Source of the DNA: Planctomycetaceae bacterium
Lineage (GTDB): Bacteria > Planctomycetota > Planctomycetia > Pirellulales > UBA1268
Length of the DNA: 64,000 bases
Reading direction: 5' to 3'
Assembly (NCBI GenBank): GCA_011523305.1
Contig: WTHB01000152.1
Span: 100,270 to 164,269, forward strand
In this document: positions 1 to 8,959 of the stretch, piece by piece
Position numbering within the stretch: the first letter of the stretch is position 1
Layout: each line of letters starts with the position of its first letter
Position numbers and translations under genes: made by a program
The notes under the pieces: generated by a model
The model's input: only the letters and a program-made list of their open reading frames with translations
Told to the model about the DNA's origin: nothing
The model's database searches: none

Positions 1-462
1 GCCATCGTGGTCCAGAAACGTCATGCCGATGTGCCACTTGCCCGACATTGCCGTGGCGTAGCCCTTTTGCCGAAGCATCTCCGGCAAGGTCAGTCGATCG
101 GGTGTGATCAGGCACGGCCCTCCGACCCCAGTAAAGACACCTCGGTAGTCGAGCCGAAAAGGCATGCGACCGGTCATCACCCCATACCGCGATGGCGTAC
201 ATACTGTCGATGGGCTGTGAGCGTCTGTAAATCGCATGCCCCTCGATGCCAGCCGGTCAATGTTTGGTGTGGGCACTTTCGCAGCAGCGTTGTAGCAGGT
301 GACATCTCCGTACCCCAGATCATCGGCGTAAATCAGCACGATGTTCGGAGAGGGAGCCGCAGGCGCATGCTGCGAGCAGGGTGGAAATGTGCCACATGCC
401 AGAACAATGAGAACACGGAGCCATCCGTTCATGGAATCAAGCTGTTCGAAGACGTTGCGCAT
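1..462 (-). CDS. Sulfatase (arylsulfatase family), N-terminal part; gene continues past the left window edge
   Basis: The reverse frame is open to position 1 and is absent from the ORF track because it is truncated. ATG is at 462-460. The translation MRNVFEQLDSMNGWLRVLIVLACG...PNIVLIYADDLGYGDV...RFTDAHSPSTVCTPSRYGVMTGR shows a signal peptide, the DDLG metal site and the C-x-P-x-R (CTPSR) formylglycine motif. Confidence 0.85.
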   Translation of the reverse strand, partial: MRNVFEQLDSMNGWLRVLIVLACGTFPPCSQHAPAAPSPNIVLIYADDLGYGDVTCYNAAAKVPTPNIDRLASRGMRFTDAHSPSTVCTPSRYGVMTGRMPFRLDYRGVFTGVGGPCLITPDRLTLPEMLRQKGYATAMSGKWHIGMTFLDHDG

Positions 463-572
463 GGTGTCGTGTGACCTGCGATGACACCCCTGTTCCTTGC
501 CAGTATCCAGTACCAAAGCTTTGCAGTCACCCACAAAGTACGTGCGGCACCAGCGTTGGCGGCATGCCCAAT

Positions 573-1541
573 CTACGGCCCGTCAGAGACGCCGTCGGCA
601 TCATTGAAATCCCAGCCTGGCTCAATGATGGTGATCTCCGGCTTGCCTGGCGGCACCAAGAAGATGTCGATTAACTCCGCATCTTCCGTACCAAGATTGG
701 CCGCGGCCATCGGTGTGTTTGCCGGCATGTAGTACCACTGACCGGCGGTGTAGGTGCTGTTTGGTTTACCCTCAACAAAATCGGTGATGGTTCCTGAGAG
801 CACCAGCGTATAGCCGCCGTACTCGTGGATATGGATGCCGACGCGGGTTCCTGCCTCGCGGATTCCCCGATGAATGATCACCTCGCGGCCAAATGAATCG
901 ATTAGTCCCGGCGGCACCAACGACTCCACATTCTGGAGGGGCTTCAGTTCACCATCTGGCACCGCCCCGTTGATTTCCGTGACCGGATAAAAGTGCGTCG
1001 GCTCTACTTTTGGTGGTGAGGGCAACGCGGCCAGCCACTCTAAATCGAACACTCCTTCAGTTTCAGCCAACTCCACAACGAGGTTGGCGAGCTGCCGGCC
1101 GGGCACGTCATTCGGTGGATCGGGAAGTGCTCGCCCCCCGTTCCACCCAACCACCATGAAGGCCTCGCGCATGTTACTGTTCGAGCCCGGTACCCAGCGG
1201 ATTTGATCGCCATCCTGAATGAGTCGAGCGGACAATGCCTGCAGCAACTGATGCGGATGTGACGTGGTTGGCAACGGAGAAATGTCCCGCCACGATTCGG
1301 TGGCCACGTCATACTTCTCAACCGCACCACTGGCAACATGACCGACCAGAAAGCTCTCAACCCCGTCACTAAAAAAGTCAGCCCGTTCGAAGGTGATCGG
1401 GGCTGGGCCAATGGCGGCATTGTTAATAAACACCACCTCAGGAGCGGTAAGTTCCGGTCGACTGACTCCGGCGTCACCGGTCAGGGGGAGTTTAGGTTCG
1501 AGCCTCTCACAGGGAACCAGCGTGTTTATTGTTCGCCACAT
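573..1541 (-). CDS. Hypothetical protein with C-terminal cupin-like barrel
   Basis: The track ORF 573..1556 begins at TTG; the first ATG is at 1541 (MWRTINT...). The C-terminal HIHEYGGYTLVLSGTITDFVEG resembles a cupin metal motif. No signal peptide is seen. Confidence 0.7.
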   Translation of the reverse strand: MWRTINTLVPCERLEPKLPLTGDAGVSRPELTAPEVVFINNAAIGPAPITFERADFFSDGVESFLVGHVASGAVEKYDVATESWRDISPLPTTSHPHQLLQALSARLIQDGDQIRWVPGSNSNMREAFMVVGWNGGRALPDPPNDVPGRQLANLVVELAETEGVFDLEWLAALPSPPKVEPTHFYPVTEINGAVPDGELKPLQNVESLVPPGLIDSFGREVIIHRGIREAGTRVGIHIHEYGGYTLVLSGTITDFVEGKPNSTYTAGQWYYMPANTPMAAANLGTEDAELIDIFLVPPGKPEITIIEPGWDFNDADGVSDGP

Positions 1542-1690
1542 CGGTTTTTCTTTCAAAGCTTTGGAACGATGATGTTAAAAATCTCTTGGTGTGACGGGTC
1601 CTCGCCACAACCATAGAATTAACAAACGGCTGATCGCTTCGATAAACTACTCCTACACCCTGCCTCAGAAACGAACTGAGGACAAGAAAA

Positions 1691-1843
1691 ATGCTCAAAA
1701 TTCTCAAGTTTTTTTGGATTTGCTGCTTCTGCCTGCTTGGCGCTGCGGTCGGAGCCGTGCTGCTTGGTGCCCTGCAACCAATGCCGTTATCCATCGCGGG
1801 GGCTGCGGTTGGCCTGGTGATCGGCGGACTGTTGGGGAAGTAG
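1691..1843 (+). CDS. Possible small membrane protein (50 aa), below the ORF-track length cutoff
   Basis: Translation is MLKILKFFWICCFCLLGAAVGAVLLGALQPMPLSIAGAAVGLVIGGLLGK. GAGGA lies about 9 nt upstream of the ATG. It has two Gly/Ala-rich hydrophobic helices and sits in an otherwise empty 490-nt gap. Confidence 0.35.
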   Translation: MLKILKFFWICCFCLLGAAVGAVLLGALQPMPLSIAGAAVGLVIGGLLGK

Positions 1844-2043
1844 ATCCCCTGGGAAGAGTGGTTTGTCTGAGCCGAGAACCGGCCTGCCCCGGGGGCACTC
1901 ATGCGCCCCGAAGGCGTTCTGGCTAGGGGTTCTTTCTCCCGGTGACTTTTCACCACAACTGCCCTGGCACTAGGCCGTTGAAACATGGTGGCCTCGCCTC
2001 GCATACCATACCGAATTTGTCCCTGTAACAGGACCAAAACGCC

Positions 2044-2811
2044 ATGAGCGGTTCCGCCGCACGTCGCCAATCGATTCGTGATGCTGTCAGACGCCACGGG
2101 AAACCAGCTTCCCGCCTCTCCGCGACCAAAAAACTACTCGGTTCGGCGGCCCTGCTCGGCGTCGGCATCTGGCTACTCCTCTGGACAACCGGGGCGTTTT
2201 CGCCGTCGGCAGCCGTCGCCGAACTCCGCACCCTAATCGATCAGGAAGTCACCCGATTGAACCGAGTGGCCCGGAATGAGATTCCCTACAGTGAACGTGG
2301 CCCAGATATGGGCGACTTTTTTCAGAAAGTGCGTGATCTTCCCGATTCCCAGCGGACGCAGGTCCGGCACGAGATGGGGCGGCTATTCGCCGCTCGGGAG
2401 CGGGCAGAGTTAGGCTCGTACTTTGCCCTTCCACCTGCACAGCGAATGGCGGAACTTGATCGTCGGATCAAGGAGAGCGAAGCCCGGCGAAAACAGTGGG
2501 CTGCCGAACGGGCTGCGCGGAGCCAAGCAAGTCAAGCCGGTGGTGCCTCCGGCGGCTCATCGAATGGACGACCACCTGCCGCTGGCGGGACTGGACAAGC
2601 GAGAGGCCCCTCAGGCCAAGGCCCGCAGTGGGGTTCCCGCGGGCCGCGGACCGAGGAGGCCCGAAACGAACGCCGGAAGGAACGGCTGGATGCCAGTTCA
2701 CCTGCTGAGCGGGCGAAGCGTACCGAGTACCGCCGCGCCCTGTCCGCTCGCCGGGAACAGCTTGGCTTGTCTTCCTCTGGCCGAGGAGGGTCAGGACGAC
2801 GGCCAGGTTAA
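2044..2811 (+). CDS. Hypothetical membrane-anchored protein with Arg/Glu-rich helical and low-complexity C-terminal region
   Basis: ATG start. There is one N-terminal TM helix (LLGSAALLGVGIWLLLW), then charged helical segments (RRIKESEARRKQWAAERAAR) and a Gly/Ser/Pro/Arg-rich tail. No family was recognised. Confidence 0.6.
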   Translation: MSGSAARRQSIRDAVRRHGKPASRLSATKKLLGSAALLGVGIWLLLWTTGAFSPSAAVAELRTLIDQEVTRLNRVARNEIPYSERGPDMGDFFQKVRDLPDSQRTQVRHEMGRLFAARERAELGSYFALPPAQRMAELDRRIKESEARRKQWAAERAARSQASQAGGASGGSSNGRPPAAGGTGQARGPSGQGPQWGSRGPRTEEARNERRKERLDASSPAERAKRTEYRRALSARREQLGLSSSGRGGSGRRPG

Positions 2812-2940
2812 CCACCCTGCCAAGCCACTGACTGCCGGAAAGATGCCAGACCACCAACGGCCGCAGGCTGAAGCGACGTCGGCTACACTCAGTTCCGACG
2901 ACTCGATTCTTCAGCACACTCCCGAGCGCAGCAGCAGACG

Positions 2941-3471
2941 ATGGCACGACGACTGCGGGCACCACTCCGGCAAGCAATCATAGCGGCCGGTCTGCTGGTA
3001 ATGGTGTTCAGCACCCGCGCCTGCCAGCCGCAGCACAATCTCAACACGCCACCCGCTACCAACTGGAACATCAGCACCGTGCATGATGGCGACACGGTCA
3101 CCGCCGTCGCACCAGATGGTCGCACCGAGCGGATTCGCCTCCTCGGGATTGATGCCCCGGAATACCGTCAGAAACACGGCAAAGCAGCCCGAGCGGCACT
3201 TGCCCGCAAGGTCACCGGCGTGCCGGTGCGAGTGACCGCCCACGGTCGTGACCAGTACAACCGGCTGCTGGGTGTCCTCTGGATAGGCTCTCGCAACCTC
3301 AACCGAGAACTTGTTGCTGAGGGCGATGCCTGGGTCTTTGACCAGTCATCCGCACCGGCCGATTTCATTGCTGCCGAACGAGCAGCGCAGCAGGCCCACC
3401 GCGGCCTCTGGGCCACCCCCCAGCCGCTTCGACCAGCCGAGTGGCGGCGGGCCCATCCCCGTACGCCTTGA
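2941..3471 (+). CDS. Thermonuclease (staphylococcal nuclease, SNase-like) family protein, exported
   Basis: N-terminal signal/anchor. VHDGDTVTAV...RIRLLGIDAPE...YNRLLGVLW...NRELVAEGDAWVF...AHRGLWA matches the SNase fold signature (DGDT, GIDAPE, GLW). Confidence 0.85.
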   Translation: MARRLRAPLRQAIIAAGLLVMVFSTRACQPQHNLNTPPATNWNISTVHDGDTVTAVAPDGRTERIRLLGIDAPEYRQKHGKAARAALARKVTGVPVRVTAHGRDQYNRLLGVLWIGSRNLNRELVAEGDAWVFDQSSAPADFIAAERAAQQAHRGLWATPQPLRPAEWRRAHPRTP

Positions 3472-3578
3472 CGAAACGAGCCAGAGTTCCGGTCGTGCCG
3501 ATTCCCCAGGAAGGCACTCGTCGCAGTCCCCCAGGATGGGCTGGGCTTGAGTTTCGTTTTGTCGGCATCCGATAACCT

Positions 3579-4862
3579 ATGGTTGTGCAAGCCATGAACC
3601 CCCCACCAGAAGTCGTGATCACTGGCGTCGGCGTCGTCAGCCCGATCGGCATCGGGGCAGACACCTTTTGGCATGCGCTGCTGGCCGGTGAAAGCGGCAT
3701 CAGACCGATCGACCTGTTTGACTCCAGCGGCTTGAGCGTTCGGTTCGGCGGCCAGATTCCGTCCTTTGAGCCGAAACTCTACGTTCGGCCCCGCAAGAGC
3801 CTGAAGGTGATGAGCCGCGAAATCCAAATTGGGTTCGCCGCGGCTGACCTTGCCATGGCCGATGCTGAGATCAGCAGCGACCAGCTCGATCCCGAACGGT
3901 TTGGCGTGGTTTTCGGCAACGACATGATCTACGCCGATCTTGATGACCTTGAAACCACCTACCGTCGCGCGCGAACGGCGGACGGTTCGTTCTCTTATGA
4001 GCAGTGGGCTGAGGCGATCCATGAAGAGTTGCATCCACTCTGGCTGTTGAAGCACCTGCCCAACATGACCGCGTCGCATATCGCCATCGCCCAGGATGCC
4101 CGCGGCCCCAACAACACGATTGTGCTAGGAGATGTGTCCGGCCTGCTTGCCGTCGCCGAAGCGGCTAGCGTCATTCAGCGGGGCTGGGCCGACGTCATGT
4201 TGGTTGGAGGAACAGGCAGCCGGCTGCACCCTACGGCACTGGTTGCCCGTGGCAACTCGAAACTCTCAAAACGGAACGATGACTGTCAGGCTGCCTGTCG
4301 GCCCTTCGACCGGGACCGGGACGGCCTTGTCAATGCGGAGGGGGCTGGTGTTCTGGTGCTTGAATCGAGGGCCCACGCCGACCGTCGTGCCGCCCGCATT
4401 CGCAGCCGGCTGCTCGCCACCGCAGCCCGTTGCGAGCCCAAAACCAGCCAGGAATCACCAACCGGCCGTGGCGTACAGCTGGTGCTGCGTGAAGTCCTGC
4501 GGCAGACGGGCCTCGATCCAAAAAAACTCGGTCACATCAATGCCCATGGCCTCAGTACCGTGGCCATGGATCAGGCTGAAGCCCGGGCGATTGCCGCTGA
4601 GGTCGGTGGCACACCAGTGACCGCACCTAAAAGCAACTTCGGACATGCCGGAGCAGGAGGCGGCCTGCTGGAACTCGCCGCCAGCGTGCTGGCTGTCGAA
4701 GCTGGCACCATTCCGCCGACCCGAAACTATCAAACGCCTGATCCCGACTGCCCGATCACCGTCATCCACGGCGAACCTCTCAGCGGCCGGCCGGCGACTG
4801 CCATCTCGCTCAACTTCGGCTCCATGGGACAGGCCGCAGCTGTCGCCATTGCCGCTGGCTAA
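3579..4862 (+). CDS. Beta-ketoacyl-ACP synthase II-like protein (FabF/KAS family) lacking the nucleophilic Cys (Asp185)
   Basis: It aligns along its full length to FabF by eye (VVITGVGVVSPIG..., ADVMLVGG, INAHGLST, KSNFGHAGAGGG). The active-site segment reads GPNNTIVLGDVSG where FabF has GPSISIATACTSG. The GAT codon is at 4131-4133. Confidence 0.9.
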   Translation: MVVQAMNPPPEVVITGVGVVSPIGIGADTFWHALLAGESGIRPIDLFDSSGLSVRFGGQIPSFEPKLYVRPRKSLKVMSREIQIGFAAADLAMADAEISSDQLDPERFGVVFGNDMIYADLDDLETTYRRARTADGSFSYEQWAEAIHEELHPLWLLKHLPNMTASHIAIAQDARGPNNTIVLGDVSGLLAVAEAASVIQRGWADVMLVGGTGSRLHPTALVARGNSKLSKRNDDCQAACRPFDRDRDGLVNAEGAGVLVLESRAHADRRAARIRSRLLATAARCEPKTSQESPTGRGVQLVLREVLRQTGLDPKKLGHINAHGLSTVAMDQAEARAIAAEVGGTPVTAPKSNFGHAGAGGGLLELAASVLAVEAGTIPPTRNYQTPDPDCPITVIHGEPLSGRPATAISLNFGSMGQAAAVAIAAG

Positions 4863-5034
4863 GCCGTCGCCCCGGTACCGGCCCCTCTGCCAGCCGGCTT
4901 AGCCCGATCTTTTCTGCTGCATCCCCGTCAGGCGTTACAACCGGCAATCTGCCCCTCGGGCTGATCCACCAAGCAGACGCTGAACGATCTTCAATGTATG
5001 CGGTCGCTTCCCGGCTGCGTGGAGAGGCAAACCC

Positions 5035-5298
5035 GTGAGACGTCAGACTATTCTCTTCCTCGGCCTGCTGGTCTTTTTCGTTGGCATCCAATTCCGGATG
5101 GTTGAGTCGTTCACGCTGAGTGACTTTTCCAGCCGACTTATTGCGGTGGCACCGGTACCCACGGAACCTGGTGTGGCCCCCACGTGGAGCCGAAAGGTTG
5201 TCGAGCCACCCCGTTGGCTCGGGCTCGCGCTGATGTCCGTCGGCTCCGTGCTGACCCTTCGCAGCATGAAACCACCCAAGGTCAGTTTCGGCGGCTGA
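5035..5298 (+). CDS. Small two-TM membrane protein, hypothetical
   Basis: GTG start with GGAGAGG upstream. Hydrophobic helices are ILFLGLLVFFVGIQF and WLGLALMSVGSVLTL. It is paralogous by eye to the ORF at 27515..27727. Confidence 0.5.
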   Translation: MRRQTILFLGLLVFFVGIQFRMVESFTLSDFSSRLIAVAPVPTEPGVAPTWSRKVVEPPRWLGLALMSVGSVLTLRSMKPPKVSFGG

Positions 5299-5306
5299 TT
5301 GCTTCG

Positions 5307-6335
5307 TTAATGGGGTGTCATCTCGCAGTCCGTGTCGGGCGAAACAGCCATGCCGACCTGATCAGCCGGATGCATGAACAGATACCGCCAGACCGGTTCA
5401 TGCAAATAGTTCCCCTCAGCATCCTTGCAGGCGTTGCCACCGGGAATCACGCCTGAATGGGCCCGCCGGCTGTCGCCACCCATGTCGCAGTCACTCATCA
5501 GCCGGCGGCTGTTGCCGTAGGGCGGTGGCGTCTGCTCGACGTTCACGAGCGGGCCGTATTCGTTCAGTCGCAGCAGCTGCCACGAGCGGCAGTAATGGTC
5601 CCGCGTCCAGCCGGTATCGAGCACATGGGTGAAGCCGAAGAAACGATTGAAAGCCGTGGCCGACGGTCCACCTTGCCAGGTCTCCGTATTGTCACGGGGC
5701 CCAGAGAACATCACGACGCGATCAACTGCCTGGTGCATCGCAAACCGGGCAGCGGTCGTCGACCCATGCGAGATGCCGGCCAGCGTCACCTTGCCCCAGC
5801 GGAGGTCGCTGCGGTCATCGGTGAGAAACTGCGCCCAGTTGCCCGCCGGGTTCTCGCGGTCAAGCCAGAGCAGAAACTGCCGGGCCCGCTCCCGCATGCT
5901 GTCAGGCTTCGGAATCGAAACGAGCGGACTGAAGTCTTCTCCGGTTGCAGCCTCCAGCCTCATTTTTCCCAGCACATCGCCCGAGTCGCGAATTTCCGGT
6001 GCGAGTGTGCCATACCACCGATTCGCATAGTGCACCTGGATTCCATGCAGGCCATACCCTGCAATCCGATCAAACAACGCAGCGTTGTGGGCCATCAGCC
6101 AAATCACCAGCCGCCCCTGGCTTGGCACGCTAGTATCAACCACCGCATGCTCGAGGTCAGCCGGCTTGTCCGTCTTGGGATCGATAAACGAAAAGCCGAT
6201 CTCCGGATGTTCACCAGCAGCTTTGTCGATTGCACTTGCCCGGGCGACCAAGTCATAACGGCGTCCCGGTTCTGCGGCGGCGGCAGTCACCATCACGGCG
6301 ATGCCAACAAGGCTGATGAGGCAGTAGAATCGCAT
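5307..6335 (-). CDS. Secreted alpha/beta-hydrolase-like protein, hypothetical
   Basis: The track ORF starts at TTG (6362). The ATG at 6335 gives signal peptide MRFYCLISLVGIAVMVTAAAAEP. A G-x-S-x-G nucleophile-elbow-like motif (GISHG) is present. Family is unassigned. Confidence 0.7.
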   Translation of the reverse strand: MRFYCLISLVGIAVMVTAAAAEPGRRYDLVARASAIDKAAGEHPEIGFSFIDPKTDKPADLEHAVVDTSVPSQGRLVIWLMAHNAALFDRIAGYGLHGIQVHYANRWYGTLAPEIRDSGDVLGKMRLEAATGEDFSPLVSIPKPDSMRERARQFLLWLDRENPAGNWAQFLTDDRSDLRWGKVTLAGISHGSTTAARFAMHQAVDRVVMFSGPRDNTETWQGGPSATAFNRFFGFTHVLDTGWTRDHYCRSWQLLRLNEYGPLVNVEQTPPPYGNSRRLMSDCDMGGDSRRAHSGVIPGGNACKDAEGNYLHEPVWRYLFMHPADQVGMAVSPDTDCEMTPH

Positions 6336-6394
6336 GAGGCTATCCTGTTCACATATGCACAATCGAATGGACTGAACAACACATCAACGCGACC

Positions 6395-7288
6395 ATGAAC
6401 ATACCTTCGCCGGAACAAACCACTCGCCGGAAATTCCTCCGTGACGGCACGCTGGTGTTGGCTGCCACATCGCCGGTTGCTCAGAGCCTTGCCGCGGCCA
6501 CGCCGGCAAGCCGGCTGCGGTTTGGACTGGTCACCGATCTCCACTACGCCGACAAACCGGCCGCCGGCACCCGCTATTACCGGGAGACCCTCGACAAGCT
6601 CGCCGAGGCGGAGGGCTGTTTCCGGGATGACTCGCTGACATTCATGGTCGAGCTTGGTGACCTGATCGACGCCGCCGACTCCATCGAGGCCGAACAAGCC
6701 TATTTGCGGCAGATCAATCAGGCTTTCTCCTCGATCTGTGAGGACCGTCACTATGTGCTGGGCAATCACTGCGTGCAGACGCTGCGGAAGGACGAGTTTC
6801 TTGATCAGGTCGGACAGAAACGCTCGTTCTATTCCTTCCGGCGTGCCGGCATCCATCTGATCGTCCTTGATGCCTGCTTTCGGCACGACGGCGTTCCCTA
6901 CGGCCGGAAGAACTTTCAATGGACCGACACCAACATCCCACCCGAAGAGCTGGACTGGCTCGCGGCAGAACTTGCCACTGGCGATGAGCCGGTGCTTGTC
7001 TTCGCCCACCAACGGTTGGACATCAGCGGCAACCACAGTGTTCGGAATCATGCCGCGGTCCGTCAGCGACTTGAGCAGTCCGGGCGGGTGCTCGCCGTGT
7101 TCCAGGGTCATAGCCATCACAACGACCATCGGGAAATCGGCGGCATCCACTACTGCACGCATGCCGCCATGGTGGAAGGCAGCGGTGCGAACAATAATGC
7201 TTACTCAGTTGTTGACATTCACGATGACGGAACGATCCAAATTGAAGGCTTCCGTCAACAACACTCTTACCACTGGCAGACCCACTAA
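6395..7288 (+). CDS. Metallophosphoesterase (calcineurin-like) with twin-arginine signal
   Basis: Tat-like RRKFLRDG plus hydrophobic stretch. Metallophosphoesterase motifs seen: LVTDLHYAD, ELGDLID, GNHC, VFAHQ, GHSHHN. Confidence 0.85.
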   Translation: MNIPSPEQTTRRKFLRDGTLVLAATSPVAQSLAAATPASRLRFGLVTDLHYADKPAAGTRYYRETLDKLAEAEGCFRDDSLTFMVELGDLIDAADSIEAEQAYLRQINQAFSSICEDRHYVLGNHCVQTLRKDEFLDQVGQKRSFYSFRRAGIHLIVLDACFRHDGVPYGRKNFQWTDTNIPPEELDWLAAELATGDEPVLVFAHQRLDISGNHSVRNHAAVRQRLEQSGRVLAVFQGHSHHNDHREIGGIHYCTHAAMVEGSGANNNAYSVVDIHDDGTIQIEGFRQQHSYHWQTH

Positions 7289-7291
7289 CTC

Positions 7292-8959
7292 ATGATGCGA
7301 ATGCTCCTCTTTGCCTGTCTCACCGCGGGCATCGGTCTGGTGACCGCAACCCACGCCGCTGACGACCCGATTCGACACCTGCAGATGGAAGCTGAACGGT
7401 CTGGCCGGGCCGACTGGGGCCACTGGGGCGACCAGCCAGGGACGTACGTGAGCTGGTCGAACCACTCCAATCGGCTGATCCCTGTCTACACCTTCGGGAC
7501 CGATCTCAGTGGGCTTCAGGGAGCAGGTAGCCCCTACCGTGATGCAGCGAAACTAGAAACTCTCTACGGTCAGCTGCCTGAGAACACCCTCAACCCCGAG
7601 GCTGACTACTTCGATCAGACCGATATCCACAGGCTGCAACTGCAGGCTGTCGCCGACGGCGCCCAGCGAGTTGTGTTGGTCGTCTTCGACGGACTCGACT
7701 GGCACACCACCCGCACGGCGGCGATCGCGGCAACCGGTCGCGTCCCCTACACCACGGGCCGCGGTGATGTCTTTGCCTTCCAGCGATATCGTGGGGCACC
7801 GACCGACTTTGGCTGGTGCGTGACCAGCCCAGCCAACAAGGGCACCACGTTTGACGTCGATGCCCAGATGGTTCCTACCCCCGGCGGCACCACCCCGGGG
7901 GGCTATGACGTTCGCCGCGGCGGCAGCACCCCGTGGGACCGCCTCGCCGACAGCCGCTATCTGATCGGCAAGGATCGGAGCTGCCCGCATGCCGTGGTTG
8001 ACTCAGCTGCCTCAGCCACCGCACTGTGCAGTGGCCGAAAGACGTACAACAAGGCCATCAACGTCGATCCGCAGGGCCAGCCGCTCGAACCGATCGGCAT
8101 CACGCTCCAGAAAGCCGGCTATGCCGTTGGCGTCGTCACCAGCGTGCCAATCTCCCACGCCACCCCGGCCTGTGCCTATGCCTGCAACGTCAGCCGCGAT
8201 GACTACCAAGACCTCTCCCGCGATTTGCTCGGCCAGCCCTCGATTTCCCGGCGAACGCCGCCCGCGCCGGGCGTCGATGTGCTCATCGGCACGGGCCACG
8301 GTGTGTCGGCAAAGGCCGACGACCAGCAGGGCCGCAACTTCGAGCCGGGCAACAAGTATTTGGCCGACTCAACGCTGCAGGCGATCGACGCAGCCCAGGG
8401 CGGTCGCTACCAGGTGGTGACCCGAACCGCAGGACGCCGAGGAAGCGAGGTTCTGACCGCAGCCGCCACCGCCGCCATCAAGACTGACCGAGGCCTGTTC
8501 GGCTTCTTCGGCACCGCTGATGGCCACCTGCCCTTCCAAACCGCCTGCGGCGACTACAACCCGCTCGGTGGTGAGATTGGAACAGAAAGAACTGCGGCAC
8601 TCCGCAAGAAGTACGCGCCCATCAGACCGTATACCGATGCTGATCTCACTGAAAATCCGACCCTCGCCGAGATGACCACAACCGCCCTCGACGTGCTTTC
8701 CAGCCGCGGCCCCTTCTGGCTGCTCATCGAAGCGGGCGATGTCGACTGGGCCTCCCATGCCAACAACATCGACACCGCCATCGGTGCCGTCTCCAGCGGA
8801 GACGCCGCCGTGGACGCCTTGTTTCGCTGGATTGAAGACCACGGGGGCTGGGAAGACACGGTGGTCATTGTCACCGCCGACCATGGTCACATGTTCGTGC
8901 TCGATGACGCCGAGCAGTTTGCCAAAGCCGCAGCCGGTCGCCTCCCAGCAGCTGAATGA
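7292..8959 (+). CDS. Alkaline phosphatase family protein (PhoA-like), secreted
   Basis: Signal peptide present. VVFDGLDW and VVDSAASATALCSG (DSAxSxTA nucleophile motif), plus C-terminal DWASHANN...TADHGH metal ligands. Confidence 0.85.
   Translation: MMRMLLFACLTAGIGLVTATHAADDPIRHLQMEAERSGRADWGHWGDQPGTYVSWSNHSNRLIPVYTFGTDLSGLQGAGSPYRDAAKLETLYGQLPENTLNPEADYFDQTDIHRLQLQAVADGAQRVVLVVFDGLDWHTTRTAAIAATGRVPYTTGRGDVFAFQRYRGAPTDFGWCVTSPANKGTTFDVDAQMVPTPGGTTPGGYDVRRGGSTPWDRLADSRYLIGKDRSCPHAVVDSAASATALCSGRKTYNKAINVDPQGQPLEPIGITLQKAGYAVGVVTSVPISHATPACAYACNVSRDDYQDLSRDLLGQPSISRRTPPAPGVDVLIGTGHGVSAKADDQQGRNFEPGNKYLADSTLQAIDAAQGGRYQVVTRTAGRRGSEVLTAAATAAIKTDRGLFGFFGTADGHLPFQTACGDYNPLGGEIGTERTAALRKKYAPIRPYTDADLTENPTLAEMTTTALDVLSSRGPFWLLIEAGDVDWASHANNIDTAIGAVSSGDAAVDALFRWIEDHGGWEDTVVIVTADHGHMFVLDDAEQFAKAAAGRLPAAE

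Noticed and set aside
7-474. 155-aa plus-strand ORF at the left edge
   Set aside because: The opposite strand encodes an unmistakable sulfatase N-terminus (signal peptide, DDLGYGD, CTPSR). The plus-strand product is Arg/His-rich with no motif, so it is a typical high-GC shadow ORF.
3168-4079. 303-aa minus-strand ORF overlapping the nuclease and KS genes
   Set aside because: It is antisense to two motif-supported genes and spans their intergenic gap, so it is a shadow ORF.
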